A stretch of 64,000 nt of DNA from Bdellovibrionales bacterium (GCA_965262715.1 OZ253553.1:2336001-2400000), one strand, 5' to 3'. Shown: positions 19,621 to 31,329, counted from the stretch's first letter. Program-made: numbers and translations. Notes: generated from the letters alone by a model not told the origin.

Positions 19621-20499
19621 TTATAAGTTATTTTTTAAGCTCAAAATATATTTTTTTAGTTGAGGAGCGATCGTTGGATGTCGTAAGCCAAGTTCTATAT
19701 TAGCGTGTAACAAACCTAGAGGAGCCCCTATATCGTACCTATTTTGTTGAGAAAAGTGAACTGCTAATAATGCATTTTCGTTTGCAAGTTGATTCATAGC
19801 GTCTGTTAAATTTTTGTTTGAACTGCTGTTTTCGAGACATTTAAAAATTTGAGGATTAAAAATATAACGTCCACAGCAAGAAAAAAGACTAGGAGCTTTG
19901 TCTTTTTGAGGTTTTTCTAAGATAGATAACACTGAATGGATATTAGGTGGAAAATGACTTTCTTCTTTAAGTGATGCTATACCATATTTTTCAACATCGT
20001 CCTTATCAACTGTCATAAGTCCTACTAAGGATTTATTGAGATCTTTGAAATGGGAAAGTAAAACTTTTGTAGCATTAGAAGAACCTATAAGAAGTTCATC
20101 TGGTAATAGTACAGCAAAAGGTTCATCTTCAAGAAGGGGCTTAGCACAGTAGATAGCATGTCCTAACCCTAGAGGTTTTTGCTGGCGGATGGAGAAGATA
20201 GAAATGTGTTTTTTGATTTTTTGGATAGATTGAAGGACTGTATCTTGACCTTTTTTTGTTAAGTGGGCTTCTAGTTCAAAAGATGTGTCAAAAAAGTCTT
20301 CTATGGCTGTTTTACCACGGCCTTGTATAAAGATGACTGTTTGGATGCCTGCTTCCATGATTTCTTCTAAAATATAGAGTATGGCTGGTTGATTAACAAC
20401 AGGAAACATTTCTTTAGGGATGGACTTACTGGCAGGTAACAATCGAGTTCCAAGTCCTGCGACAGGTATAATGGCTTTTTTTACTTTTGTTGAGTTCAC
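19621..20499 (-). CDS. galU: UTP--glucose-1-phosphate uridylyltransferase
   Basis: KAIIPVAGLGTRLLPASKSIPKEM, PLGLGHAI, EKP motifs. Confidence 0.93.
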   Translation of the reverse strand: MNSTKVKKAIIPVAGLGTRLLPASKSIPKEMFPVVNQPAILYILEEIMEAGIQTVIFIQGRGKTAIEDFFDTSFELEAHLTKKGQDTVLQSIQKIKKHISIFSIRQQKPLGLGHAIYCAKPLLEDEPFAVLLPDELLIGSSNATKVLLSHFKDLNKSLVGLMTVDKDDVEKYGIASLKEESHFPPNIHSVLSILEKPQKDKAPSLFSCCGRYIFNPQIFKCLENSSSNKNLTDAMNQLANENALLAVHFSQQNRYDIGAPLGLLHANIELGLRHPTIAPQLKKYILSLKNNL

Positions 20500-20879
20500 G
20501 TTAGCACCTCATGTATATCTATAATAATGTAGGTTTAAATAAAAAACACAACTCTTTTAGAGTTATAAGTGCTTTTTAAAAGTTTTATAATGTTAAAATT
20601 AAGATTCCAATAAAAACTTGAAATGGTCAGCTAAAAAGATAAAGTGAAGTAAATTCAATATATTATGATAAGAGTGGCAGAATTTTGCAGCACTATCTTT
20701 TTGTTTTGTGGCCTGGCTTTAGGAAAGATTTAAGTTAATGGCCTTTATCAGAGTCTTTCTATATTTTAATTTTAGGCTAAGCCAACAGATAAATAGATTT
20801 TTTGGTTTGACAGAGAGCATTTATTGATTAATCACAGTAACCTTGTGGCCTTTTTGTGCCTAATTCTGTTTCTTAGAGG

Positions 20880-21944
20880 TTACATCAATGAGCTATGACA
20901 ATTAGGGTTGGTTATAATTGTTTGTGTAAGTATAAGACCCTGACGAGCCTTGGCATGTTTTGGATTGAGTCTTAGGGTTTCATTAAAATCAGGGATAGCC
21001 TCTTGATACTTACCTAATTCTACTTTTGCAAGTCCACGATTGTAATAGGCCTCAGCGTCTCGTGGATTGATTTTTATAGCCTCATCAAAATCTTCGATAG
21101 CCTCTTGATGCTTACCTAATGCTGCTTTTGCAACCCCACGATTACCATAGGTCTTAGTAAGTCGTGGGTTGATTTCTAAGGCTTTATTATAATCCGCAAG
21201 GGCCTCTTCAAACCTGCCTAAATTTGCTTTTGCATTCCCACGATGATAGTATATCTCAGCAAGTTGAGGGTTGATTTCTAAGGTTTTATCAAAATCCGCA
21301 ATCGCCTCTTCAAACCTGCCTAATGCTGCTTTTGCAATCCCACGATGACAATAAGCTTCCGCAATTTGTGGATTGATTTCTATGGCTTTATCATAATCCG
21401 CAATCGCCTCTTCCAGTCTGCCTAATGCTGCTTTTGCAATCCCACGATGACAATAAGCTTCCGCAATTTGTGGATTGATTTCTATGGCTTTATCATAATC
21501 CGCAATCGCCTCTTCCAGTCTGCCTAATGCTGCTTTTATGATCCCCCGATAATAATAGTCCCATGGATGTTGTGGATTGATTTCTATAGCCTTATCAAAA
21601 TCGGCAACGGCTTCTTGGTACCTACCTAAGGTTGCTTTTGCAATCCCACGAGCGTTATAGGCTTCGGCAAATTGTGGATTGAGTTTTATAGCTTTATCAA
21701 AATCAAGGATAGCTTCTTTATACTTTCCTAATTCTACTTTTATAAGTCCACTAATATAATAGTTCTTTGCTGCTTTTATTTGAGAAGTGGATGATTGAGT
21801 TTGCGCTTCTAAGTTATATCCAATAAAGCAGGCACACAATAAAAAGTAAATAGATATTACATGTAAGTTTGTGAAATTCATTGTGATAAATAGCCTTATT
21901 ATAAGGGTCAGAAATCTAAGATTATCATCTCTGGTAAAACACAT
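20880..21944 (-). CDS. Secreted tetratricopeptide-repeat protein (about 8 TPRs; true start probably ~21881)
   Basis: Repeated 34-aa AEAY..RG.AKAALG..EEAIAD.DKA.EINP units. Confidence 0.92.
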   Translation of the reverse strand: MCFTRDDNLRFLTLIIRLFITMNFTNLHVISIYFLLCACFIGYNLEAQTQSSTSQIKAAKNYYISGLIKVELGKYKEAILDFDKAIKLNPQFAEAYNARGIAKATLGRYQEAVADFDKAIEINPQHPWDYYYRGIIKAALGRLEEAIADYDKAIEINPQIAEAYCHRGIAKAALGRLEEAIADYDKAIEINPQIAEAYCHRGIAKAALGRFEEAIADFDKTLEINPQLAEIYYHRGNAKANLGRFEEALADYNKALEINPRLTKTYGNRGVAKAALGKHQEAIEDFDEAIKINPRDAEAYYNRGLAKVELGKYQEAIPDFNETLRLNPKHAKARQGLILTQTIITNPNCHSSLM

Positions 21945-22130
21945 TTCATTTTAAAAAGCAAGAGAAAAAAAATAGAAACATCGATGTAAGCTCGAATTAC
22001 CTTAAGAATATATGTTACTAAGTTATGGGAATGTTATTTTGATTTTAAGATAGTTTGGGAATTGATTAGACAAAGAATTGCTACTGGTTGATCTAGATTT
22101 TTTATTATACCTAGTTCTGTTTCTTAAAGG

Positions 22131-22511
22131 TTACATTAATGATATAGGACAATTAGGGTTGTTTTTAGATGCTTCTATAAGTGATGCAAGACTATGGCGA
22201 GCTTTGGGATGTTGTGGATATATCTTTATGACTTTGTCATAGTCATCAATCGCCTCTTGGTACTTACCTAATCTTTGTTTTGCAAGCGCGCGATTATAAT
22301 ATGCGTCAGCAAGTTGTGGATCAATCTCTAAAGCTTTATCAAAATCCGCAGTCGCTTCATCAAAAGCACCGCGTTCCATTTTTTCAATTCCACTGCTCAA
22401 ATAAGCCTCGGCTGTTTCTGTTTGAGGTTGTGCTTCTAAGTTATATTCAGTCAAACAGATATAAAATAAGAAATAAACAAAAGTTACATATAAGCTTTTA
22501 AAACTCATCAT
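22131..22511 (-). CDS. Short secreted TPR protein (paralogue of the neighbour)
   Basis: Two TPR units; shares YNLEAQ signal end and NPNC..SLM C-terminus with 20880-21944. Confidence 0.85.
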   Translation of the reverse strand: MMSFKSLYVTFVYFLFYICLTEYNLEAQPQTETAEAYLSSGIEKMERGAFDEATADFDKALEIDPQLADAYYNRALAKQRLGKYQEAIDDYDKVIKIYPQHPKARHSLASLIEASKNNPNCPISLM

Positions 22512-23063
22512 GAGCCTTATTGTAAAGATTCAAAAAATATCATTTTATCATTTTTGATAAAATATATCCTTTTAACACAAACTCTTTCGAAAAGCAAGCA
22601 AGTAAAAATAGAAGCTCTGGTGAATTTCTTATAATGTACTTAAGTGAAAGATGCTTTTTGTAAAAAATACAGAGTGATAAGATTTTTGTCCTATAAGTTT
22701 TATAGAGGTTGTGCTGTGAAGAAAAGATAAATATTCAGATAGGATTATTGGCTTTTAATATAGAATGGGGCTCTTTTTACAAAATTTGATAAATCGCTAA
22801 AAGCTATCTTCTCTTTCATGTTCAAGGCTTAGTCTTTATATCTGAATTCATCGGGTGAGTCCAATGATTAAATTAAATAGCTAAGGGTCAAAACTCGTTC
22901 TTTTGTGAGCTTAGGGTTTGTAAAAAATTCACACTAAATGTATACCTATTTTTGTATTTAATGCATTTTCAACACTTCAGTTGAGGATTGCAATAGGTTA
23001 TGGTATGCTTAAGAACTAAGTGAGTATAATAAAAAAGGCAAGAAACTGAATTAGGTATAAATT

Positions 23064-24311
23064 ATGCAATACATTTATTTAGATCATAATGCTACAGCTC
23101 CTCTTGATAGCGGTATTTCTTCTAAGTTAGAGGAGTGGTCTGACATTTGGGGTAATCCCAGTTCAACTCATTTGCTAGGTAGATCTATTAAGTCTGCTGT
23201 GAGGAAAAGTCGCTTAAAAATAGCTGATCTTATAGGGGCAAAACCTTTAGAAGTTATTTTTACATCTGGAGGCTCTGAGTCCAATAACCATGTTATTGAG
23301 GGAGTTTATTTTCATAATCAAAAATACAATAAATCTAAAAATCATTTTTTGGTTGGAGCAGCCGAGCATCCTTCAACTTTGAAAGCTTTTGAATTTATAG
23401 AATCTTTAGGTGCAAGGGTTGAGATCATTCCTGTTGATAGGAAAGGTTATGTTGATCTTGAGGCTTTAAAAGAGGGTATTCGTCCTGATACAGCTCTTGT
23501 TTCGTTTATGTTAGCTCAAAATGAAACTGGCCATATTTATCCTATTAAAAAAATGGCTAAATTAGCTCATCAAAAACAAGCCCTTTTTCATTCAGATTGC
23601 GTGCAAGGTTTAGGTAAAATGCCTCTTTCTGTATCTGATTTGGATTTGGATGTTGATTTTGCTAGTTTTTCATCTCATAAATTTTATGCCCTTAAAGGAT
23701 TTGGAGTAACTTATATAAAGACAGGTCATGTTCTTTCGTCTCTGATTCATGGAGGGAGACAAGAGAGGAGCCGAAGAGCTGGAACAGAAAATACGCTAGG
23801 TATGATGGCACTTGCTTATATGGCTGAAAAAAAGTCACAGATTCAAGAAGCGCGTTTAAGAATGCAAAACATAAGAGATGAGATGGAGAAAAAAATTGCT
23901 CAAATTAAAGGTATTAGTGTTTTACAAGGCTCAAAAAGGCTTTGCAACACCTCTCATTTTAGTATAGATGATATTGATGGAGAGACACTTCTGATTAATT
24001 TAGATCTTTTGGGTTTTGCTGTAAGTACGGGAGCCGCTTGCAGTTCTGGTCAACAAGAATCAAGCCCAGCCTTAAGAGCTATGGGGCTGAGCAATAAGGA
24101 AGCGCAAAATAGTTTAAGGGTGAGTTTAGGGTGGCAGTCTACACAGAAAGAAGTAGATGCCTTTTGTGTGGCACTTCAGAGCGTTATTTGTAGACTTAGA
24201 AGTCATCAAAATGCATCAACAAAGAAGTTATTGCAACCATCATCCAGTGTTAAAAAAATCAAACCATCTGTAGAAAAACATGAACACAAAGAAGATAGAC
24301 CCTATTGTTAA
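23064..24311 (+). CDS. iscS: Cysteine desulfurase (IscS/NifS family)
   Basis: [32 protein letters not shown]. Confidence 0.92.
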   Translation: MQYIYLDHNATAPLDSGISSKLEEWSDIWGNPSSTHLLGRSIKSAVRKSRLKIADLIGAKPLEVIFTSGGSESNNHVIEGVYFHNQKYNKSKNHFLVGAAEHPSTLKAFEFIESLGARVEIIPVDRKGYVDLEALKEGIRPDTALVSFMLAQNETGHIYPIKKMAKLAHQKQALFHSDCVQGLGKMPLSVSDLDLDVDFASFSSHKFYALKGFGVTYIKTGHVLSSLIHGGRQERSRRAGTENTLGMMALAYMAEKKSQIQEARLRMQNIRDEMEKKIAQIKGISVLQGSKRLCNTSHFSIDDIDGETLLINLDLLGFAVSTGAACSSGQQESSPALRAMGLSNKEAQNSLRVSLGWQSTQKEVDAFCVALQSVICRLRSHQNASTKKLLQPSSSVKKIKPSVEKHEHKEDRPYC

Positions 24312-25413
24312 TTTTTCCTCAAGCAAAAAAGTGCCTAGAGTGCTTGTGGCTATGAGTGGCGGAGTAGATAGCTCTGTGGTGGCAGCCCTGCTTGTTGAGC
24401 AAGGTTATGAGGTGATTGGTGTGACTATGCAGGTCTGGGATTATTCAAAACACTGTGAAATAGAAGAAGGAAATGGCACATGTTGTTCAAGTATAGATGT
24501 AGAAGATGCTAGAGATGTAGCAGATAAAATAGGTATTCCTTTTTATGTGCTTAATTGTGAAAGTAGCTTTAAAACTAATGTTATTGATCCTTTTATATCA
24601 GATTACTTAAAAGGACGTACTCCACTACCTTGTGTTAATTGTAATACTTTTTTGAAGTTTGATCATCTTTTTCAAAAGATGTGGGATTTAGATTGTGACT
24701 TTTTAGCAACAGGTCATTATGCTCAGAAAACTCGTTTAAAAGATGAAAGTTATGGCATTCAGACAAGTGAAGATTCCTGGAAAGATCAAACTTATTTTTT
24801 ATTTACAATGGATAAGAAGCGTATTTCAAAGTTGCTTTTTCCTATTGGTCATCTACAAAAATCTCAAGTTCGTAAGTATGCTGAAAAGTTTAATTTAATC
24901 AATGCTCACAAAAAAGACAGTACAGGCATTTGCTTTGTTGGTAAGAAAGGTTATGGAGCTTTTATTGAAGAGCATATTAGTAAAGACGATATTAAAAAAG
25001 GAAATATTTGTCTTTACCCTACAGGAGAAGGTTTAGGAAAGCATCAAGGGATACATCACTTTACCTATGGTCAAAGGAGAGGACTTGGTGTGGATTATGG
25101 AAATGACCCTCTTTATGTTATCAAAGTAGATGGTCGTAGCCATACTGTATGGGTAGGTGAAGAAAAATATTTGATGAGTGATCGTATGCAAGTAGAAAAT
25201 GTGAATTTTTTAGATGACATAAAAGACGGTGAGAAATTAAGAGTTAAAGTTCGATATCAACATATCGGAGACTGGGCTTATTGTTCAAAAGATAAAGATG
25301 ACTTAAATAAACTTTCTATTAATTTTGAAAAGCCACAGAGGGCTATCACTCCTGGCCAAGCAGCTGTATTTTACAGGGATAAACAGCTTGTAGGTGGTGG
25401 CTGGATTATTTAA
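24280..25413 (+). CDS. mnmA: tRNA 2-thiouridylase
   Basis: [44 protein letters not shown]. Confidence 0.96.
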   Translation: MNTKKIDPIVNFSSSKKVPRVLVAMSGGVDSSVVAALLVEQGYEVIGVTMQVWDYSKHCEIEEGNGTCCSSIDVEDARDVADKIGIPFYVLNCESSFKTNVIDPFISDYLKGRTPLPCVNCNTFLKFDHLFQKMWDLDCDFLATGHYAQKTRLKDESYGIQTSEDSWKDQTYFLFTMDKKRISKLLFPIGHLQKSQVRKYAEKFNLINAHKKDSTGICFVGKKGYGAFIEEHISKDDIKKGNICLYPTGEGLGKHQGIHHFTYGQRRGLGVDYGNDPLYVIKVDGRSHTVWVGEEKYLMSDRMQVENVNFLDDIKDGEKLRVKVRYQHIGDWAYCSKDKDDLNKLSINFEKPQRAITPGQAAVFYRDKQLVGGGWII

Positions 25414-25487
25414 TTATCCCTAATAAGTATTGATTTGTCAGGATATCGAAGTTAATCAAACATTTTGTTAAAACTATATAATATAAT

Positions 25488-25798
25488 TAGAAGTGGTCTC
25501 AAAAATGCTATGTCTATTATTGGAACTTATCTTATATAAAGATCTCGTAATTGATCTGAAGTATGATTAACAATACAGCTTCTCTCAATGATCTAGGTTA
25601 TAACAAGCTTCTTTTATAGGCAGCAGGCAGTCTCTTGTGTACCTTGTATTGTTGTCATTTTATGATTTTATTATAGAATAAAATATTTTAATGAAGAATT
25701 TGTTTCTTAAGGTACTGTCTCCACGCCTATTGCAGAAGCTTGCCATAACCTATCTTAAGTATTGCAAAATACAAACCTTATTTTTGAGACAATTTCTA
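25488..25798. mobile_element. MITE-like element containing a family-B structured cassette
   Basis: Terminal IRs TAGAAGTGGTCTCAAAAAT / ATTTTTGAGACAATTTCTA (17/19, outer TA possibly a target duplication); inner cassette 25594-25752. Confidence 0.7.
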
Positions 25799-26110
25799 TA
25801 TAAAAAAAAGTCTTTCCTTAGTGTGTAAATATTACAAATAACCATGAATGGGTTACATAGTAAGTATGAAGGGTTTACATAACAAAAAAAGACTTTACTT
25901 AATGACTACAAAAAGATATATATGGCTACAATTTTACATAAAGGTTAAGTATATGAGCAATTACCTTGTAAGGAACTGGCCTGAGATAGCTTGCCACAGC
26001 TATATTAAAAGCCTACTACATGCTTATATGTTGAGTGTTCTACATGTATTTACACAGCAAAGTATATATATAACTTAGTTTTTTAAAACTTTAAGAGAAG
26101 GAGATGTGAA

Positions 26111-26707
26111 ATGAATTTTAAGTTGAGAGTTTTTAATAATTTTTTTAGAAATAAAGCCCTTCCTTTGATGGTGCTTATGAGTTTTCTAAGTCAGATTTCT
26201 ATTGCTCAAAATGATATACAAGGCACTATTACTGTAAATGGAACAGAGTTTTCATCGGTAGGAGCATTTAATTATAATTTTTCTTTATCAACCTTACTCC
26301 TTAATCAGATAGGCGAACCCTTTGATGTCGAGAAACTTTATGATGGTGAGGAGATGATGAGTGCAGCTGAAGATATCTATCAACCTTTTATCGAAACGGG
26401 GTTAGATTATCGGCTCTTCTTTCATGAATATTCTTTAACGCCCTTGATATACGCAGTTGTGAATGAAGATGTAGATGCTGTTAATTCTATCATGGAACAA
26501 GAAGGAGTCAATCCTGACTTACAGGATAGTAATGGTTTAACAGCGCTTATATGGGCAGTTATAATAGGTAATGAGGGTATGGTTAGAGCTTTTGTTGATG
26601 CTGGGGCTGATATGTAATTACAAGGGGATGTAGCAATCCAGTATGCAGAGAAAACAGGGAATCGACAGGTTGCTGATTATCTTAGAGAAGTTATGGAGAA
26701 TTATTAA
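26111..26707 (+). pseudogene. Secreted ankyrin-repeat protein with premature stop at 26615-26617
   Basis: TPLIYAV, GLTALIWAV...GAD ankyrin units; the frame continues past TAA as LQGDVAIQYAEKTGNRQVADYL to TAA 26707. Confidence 0.65.
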
Positions 26708-26747
26708 ATGAGATTGCAGAAAGTTTTTGTAAACTTCTCTTAAACTG

Positions 26748-26782
26748 ATAAATCCAACCTTTTCGTAGAAGGTTGGATTTAT
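26748..26782. terminator. Intrinsic terminator hairpin
   Basis: ATAAATCCAACCTT...AAGGTTGGATTTAT inverted repeat after the extended ankyrin frame. Confidence 0.7.
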
Positions 26783-27268
26783 CTTAGAATATGTTATTAA
26801 TAATAGCTTTCAAAAGGTATAATACCCATTTGGATATTCGCTGTTAGTTGGTGTGGTCGCTCTGGTTAACAAGGATATATCTTATATAAGCACAGTAATT
26901 GCTTCTATTACAATCTAAGTCTATTACGTTGAACCTATCTATTGTTGATGGAAGTTTTTCATGGTTTCTATAAAGCGTGCAGTTGAATAACACATTTACT
27001 TTGTAAAGCGAACATCATTACTCCGGTAGATTTTTCGAAAGAAGGACAATTATTTAAATTTATTAGTGGAATATGCTGGCAAATACTTTACTCTGTAGTT
27101 TGATATGAATCAACATATCGTTATGGTAATAATTTTTTAAAAATTATTATATTTTGGCTCAGAGAAAGCCCTTTAAGGCTCATGGTGGTTTAAAAAACAT
27201 CAAAAAACTCTACAAAAATAGGTGATAGTTAGTTATAAAGTAATAGTATGTAAAATAAGAGGGCAATT

Positions 27269-28618
27269 ATGAGTAAGGTATTTGCAGAAGATAATGTAAG
27301 TAAAAGATGGACTTATAAGATTCATACTTTTGGTTGTAAGGTGAATACCTATGATACGAGTTTGTTAGAAGGACACTTTAAAGATTCTTATTTTTCACCT
27401 TCTCAAGATCCAGATATTCATATTTTCAATACTTGTGCTGTTACACATGAAGCCATTAAAAAAGCTCAAAAACAGATACGTAAGATGAAATCTAAAAAAC
27501 CAGATATAAAAGTGATTGTCACAGGTTGTGGTGCTCAAGTGGACACAGATCAATTTTCTCATTTTAAAGAAGTTGACCTAATAGTGGCTAATAGTCATAA
27601 AGGCAAGTTAAAAGAATATCTTTCTTGCTTGATGGAAGGTCAGATGCATCAACGTATTTTAAAATCTAATATTTTTCAAAAGACAGATATGGAGTTTGGA
27701 GGTGGCCTTAAAAGCGGTAGAACAAGAGCCTTTTTAAAAATTCAGGATGGTTGTAATAGCTTTTGCACTTACTGTGTGATTCCTTTTGCTAGAGGAAAAA
27801 GCCGGAGTTTAAGTATTAATCTTCTTTGTGAAAAAATTTGTCAATTTCATAGTGAAGGCATTCAAGAAGTAGTATTGACTGGTGTACATATTGGAGATTA
27901 TCGTTATCAAGATAACGAAGGAAAAGTTTTCTTATTAGAGCATTTATTACAAGCTGTATTAGAGAGGACTTCTATACCTCGCATACGTTTAACAAGTTTA
28001 GAGCCTTTAGAACTGACAGATCATTTGATGGAACTTTATCAAGATCCTCGTATGTGTCCCCATTTTCATATGAGCATTCAAAGCGCATCAACAAAAACTT
28101 TAAATAAAATGCGTAGGAAATACACTGATACAGATGTGCAAAAAGCACTGTTGATGATTGAACGAAAAATTCCAAATGCTTTTGTAGGAATGGATGTGAT
28201 TGTTGGTTTTACTGGAGAATCAAAAAAGGATTTTCAACAAACTTATACAAATCTTCAAAACTTGCCATGGAATTTCATTCATGTATTTCCTTATAGTGAA
28301 AGACCTGGGACAAGAGCTTCTAAATGGTTAGATGATATTTCAATTGTGGAAAAAAAAGAACGCTCTCAAAAGCTAAGAGACTTAAGTCAAAAGCGTTATT
28401 TAGAAAAAGCTTTAAAACAGGTTGGTAGTAAAAAGAAAGTCTTAGCTCTTAAAGAACAGAAAGGATTTCAAAAATTACTTTCAAGAGACTATTGGAAGTG
28501 CATGTTATCAGAAAATATAATAGATTCTAAATATCAAAATCAGGAGTTAGAGGTTCAGGTCACAGGTCATCAAATAGTATCAGGAAATGTATTTCTAAAA
28601 GCTAGAATCTTGTCTTAA
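27269..28618 (+). CDS. mtaB: tRNA t6A37 methylthiotransferase (radical SAM)
   Basis: TFGCKVNTY, NTCAVT, TRAFLKIQDGCNSFCTYCVIP. Confidence 0.92.
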   Translation: MSKVFAEDNVSKRWTYKIHTFGCKVNTYDTSLLEGHFKDSYFSPSQDPDIHIFNTCAVTHEAIKKAQKQIRKMKSKKPDIKVIVTGCGAQVDTDQFSHFKEVDLIVANSHKGKLKEYLSCLMEGQMHQRILKSNIFQKTDMEFGGGLKSGRTRAFLKIQDGCNSFCTYCVIPFARGKSRSLSINLLCEKICQFHSEGIQEVVLTGVHIGDYRYQDNEGKVFLLEHLLQAVLERTSIPRIRLTSLEPLELTDHLMELYQDPRMCPHFHMSIQSASTKTLNKMRRKYTDTDVQKALLMIERKIPNAFVGMDVIVGFTGESKKDFQQTYTNLQNLPWNFIHVFPYSERPGTRASKWLDDISIVEKKERSQKLRDLSQKRYLEKALKQVGSKKKVLALKEQKGFQKLLSRDYWKCMLSENIIDSKYQNQELEVQVTGHQIVSGNVFLKARILS

Positions 28619-28942
28619 AGAAGAAGGTTCATGATGGATTGTAGGCTTATGGCTTTGTAGTTGACGATGTATCATCCTTGTAATTTTAAAACTATATTTT
28701 GAATTTGCAAGGATAAAATACAACAAAATGCCTGATTTCCTTAATTGAAATCAGTAAATAATGAGGTAATATGTAGTTAAATAGGGTATTTTTTATATTT
28801 TATTACCCTTTTTCAATTTCTGATATCAGGAAGGAATGTCCAGAAATTAGTCATGATATGATCCGTAAATGCCTAAGACTATATAGGAAGCAATACAAAG
28901 TGGATTAAACTTAAATTAATAGGGTAATTAAGAGAAAACAAT

Positions 28943-29644
28943 ATGCAGTCTATAGAAAATTATTTAAATTATCAATTTAAAAACACTGACCTTTTACAAG
29001 AGGCTTTGACTCATAGAAGTTTTGCCAATGAAGAAGGTAATGTTCGAGATAACGAGCGGTTGGAGTTTTTAGGAGATGCTGTTTTGCAACTTGCTATGAC
29101 AGATATCCTTATGGAAAAATTTTCTAAAGATACAGAAGGAGATCTTTCTCAAAAAAGAGCATATCTTGTAGGTGAACCTTGTTTAGCTTCTATAGCTAAA
29201 AGACTTAAAGTACAAGAGTTTCTTTCTTTAGGGAAAGGTGAGATGTTAACAGAGGGGCATAAAAAGCCCCGCTTATTAGCTTCTGCCCTAGAAGCTATTA
29301 TTGGAGCTATTTATATAGACTCTGATTTGTCTGTAAGCACGGAATTTATAAGAAATGTTTTTAATAAAGAATTAGAAAATATCTCTGATGAATTTTCTCA
29401 AACAGATGTTGTAGACTTTAAAACTCAATTGCAAGAACAAGTATGGCAAATTTATCAATGTGTGCCTAAATATGTACTCACAAAATCTGAAGGCCCAGAT
29501 CATAATCGTATTTTTTATATGGATGTGTTGGTTGATGGAAAAGTTATCACAAAAGGGTATGGTAAAAGCAAAAAAGAAGCTCAGCAAATGGCAGCTCAAA
29601 AAGCTCTGCAAATCATACTTAAAGATTCTAAACCTATATCATGA
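28943..29644 (+). CDS. rnc: Ribonuclease III
   Basis: ALTHRS, NERLEFLGDAVL, C-terminal dsRBD. Confidence 0.97.
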   Translation: MQSIENYLNYQFKNTDLLQEALTHRSFANEEGNVRDNERLEFLGDAVLQLAMTDILMEKFSKDTEGDLSQKRAYLVGEPCLASIAKRLKVQEFLSLGKGEMLTEGHKKPRLLASALEAIIGAIYIDSDLSVSTEFIRNVFNKELENISDEFSQTDVVDFKTQLQEQVWQIYQCVPKYVLTKSEGPDHNRIFYMDVLVDGKVITKGYGKSKKEAQQMAAQKALQIILKDSKPIS

Positions 29645-29770
29645 GAATTAATATTTCTTATTGAAAGTGATTGAAATTCCAAAAGCAGCAAAAAAAAGCA
29701 TAAAGAGTAAGTGTTCTATTGACTTTTCTGTCAATTTGAAGTAGTCTTTATGTCCATGAAATAGTTTCTT

Positions 29771-30739
29771 ATGATTATAAAGAAAAATACATATATTTTG
29801 GCTATGCTTTTATTTTTAATTTTAGATAAAAGTTATGCAGAAATAGACACATGCGCAGAGGCTTTAGGATTAGGAGAAGAACTTAGAGCTTTTTATGCTC
29901 AGCGTGAAATTTTTTTAAGGGTTCCCTCTTCTGATAATGTTGATAAGCTTAATAAAAATTATAACGATCTTTGGGAGAAGTCTGACAGTATTCCAAATAC
30001 AGAGCTGCATATAGCTGCTTACGAGAGTGACATTTTTGCAATAAGGTTTCTTATATCTAATGGTATGCCAATAGATATCTTAGGACGAAGAGGTGTAACT
30101 GCTTTAAGTGTTGCCGCTATGTATGGTCGTATAAATGCCATTGATTTCTTGTTAGACTTAGGTGCAAACGTTAATGCTCCTGATGTAGTGGGTACGCCTC
30201 CTCTACATTACGCAGCTGGTGACGGTCATATTGGCGCAGCTCTTCGGTTACTTGAAAGAGGTGCCGATATCAATCAGGCAAATCTTGTCGATGAAACTGC
30301 TATAATGTCTTCAGTTAGGGGTGAATATCAAGATATGCAAGATTGGACTCTTCTTCACATGGCTATCATTTACCCTGAAGTAACAGACCGAGCTGGTATG
30401 GTTGAGGCAATTTTAGATTTGGACAATATATGGCCAGCTATAATTAATTGGCCAGAGCCTGTTTATAGTGGTACTCCACTACATTGGGCTGCCTATGAAG
30501 GTGATATTGATGTGATAAATGTTCTTTTAGAAAAAGGAGCAGTGCTTACTAGTGTTAATAAAGATGGAGAAATTCCTCTTCATGTGGCAGCTCGTGAGGA
30601 TCAAGTAGATGCTTTTTTAATGTTAAGAGATGCTAATCCTGCTTCACTTGATGTTAAAGATAGTGAAGGTTTAACACCTATAGATACAGCAGCAAGACAT
30701 AGCTCTCAAAAAATACTTTCAGTTTTAGGTCTCTTATAA
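29771..30739 (+). CDS. Secreted ankyrin-repeat protein
   Basis: Multiple TPLH/GAD(I)N ankyrin units; signal-peptide-like N-terminus. Confidence 0.9.
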   Translation: MIIKKNTYILAMLLFLILDKSYAEIDTCAEALGLGEELRAFYAQREIFLRVPSSDNVDKLNKNYNDLWEKSDSIPNTELHIAAYESDIFAIRFLISNGMPIDILGRRGVTALSVAAMYGRINAIDFLLDLGANVNAPDVVGTPPLHYAAGDGHIGAALRLLERGADINQANLVDETAIMSSVRGEYQDMQDWTLLHMAIIYPEVTDRAGMVEAILDLDNIWPAIINWPEPVYSGTPLHWAAYEGDIDVINVLLEKGAVLTSVNKDGEIPLHVAAREDQVDAFLMLRDANPASLDVKDSEGLTPIDTAARHSSQKILSVLGLL

Positions 30740-30756
30740 TCTTTGGTAAATTGATG

Positions 30757-31329
30757 TTATTGGTTTGATAAGAAAGCTAGGGTTTTTTTAACACCTTCTT
30801 CTAATGAAGAGTCTTTAGGGATATGTAAAATAGCTCTTTCTATATCTGGCATTTTATATCCTAAATTCATTAATGCTGAAGCAATAGTTTGGTGTTTTGA
30901 TAAAGCTTCTTTTTTGATATTTTCTATTATACTTAACTGACTTTTTAACTTAAATATAATTTGCTCAGCCATCTTTTGACCCACTTTAGGTAAGGCGCTT
31001 AGACTTTTAATATCTCTTGATTGAATCATTGCAATGATTTGATCTGTTGGCACACTTGAGGATAAGATTTGTATAGCTTTTTTTGGTCCAATGCGATCTA
31101 CCTTGAGCAAAGACACAAAAAGATGTCTTTGCTCTTTTGTCAAAAAACCAAATAAAGTGATAGCGTCATCTCTTACAACTGTATGAATCCAAAAGCTTGT
31201 GTGTGCATCTAAAGTGAGATCATCTAAAGTTACACTAGGCACAAAAACTTCGTAACCAACTCCTTTTGTTAAGAGAGTTACAGAGTCTTTTCCAAGATAA
31301 ATCAACTGACCTTGTAAAAAAGCAATCAG
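30757..31329 (-). CDS. ruvA: Holliday junction branch migration protein RuvA (probable CTG start)
   Basis: GVGYEV, LFGF, IGPKKA, VGQKMAEQI, ALMNLGY; frame extends to CTG-ATT-GCT-TTT-TTA-CAA-GGT (xIAFLQG) 6 nt after AAGGAG. Confidence 0.92.
   Translation of the reverse strand: MIAFLQGQLIYLGKDSVTLLTKGVGYEVFVPSVTLDDLTLDAHTSFWIHTVVRDDAITLFGFLTKEQRHLFVSLLKVDRIGPKKAIQILSSSVPTDQIIAMIQSRDIKSLSALPKVGQKMAEQIIFKLKSQLSIIENIKKEALSKHQTIASALMNLGYKMPDIERAILHIPKDSSLEEGVKKTLAFLSNQ

Noticed and set aside
25848..26078. 76-aa ORF upstream of the ankyrin gene
   Set aside because: Overlaps a dispersed non-coding repeat module; no protein features
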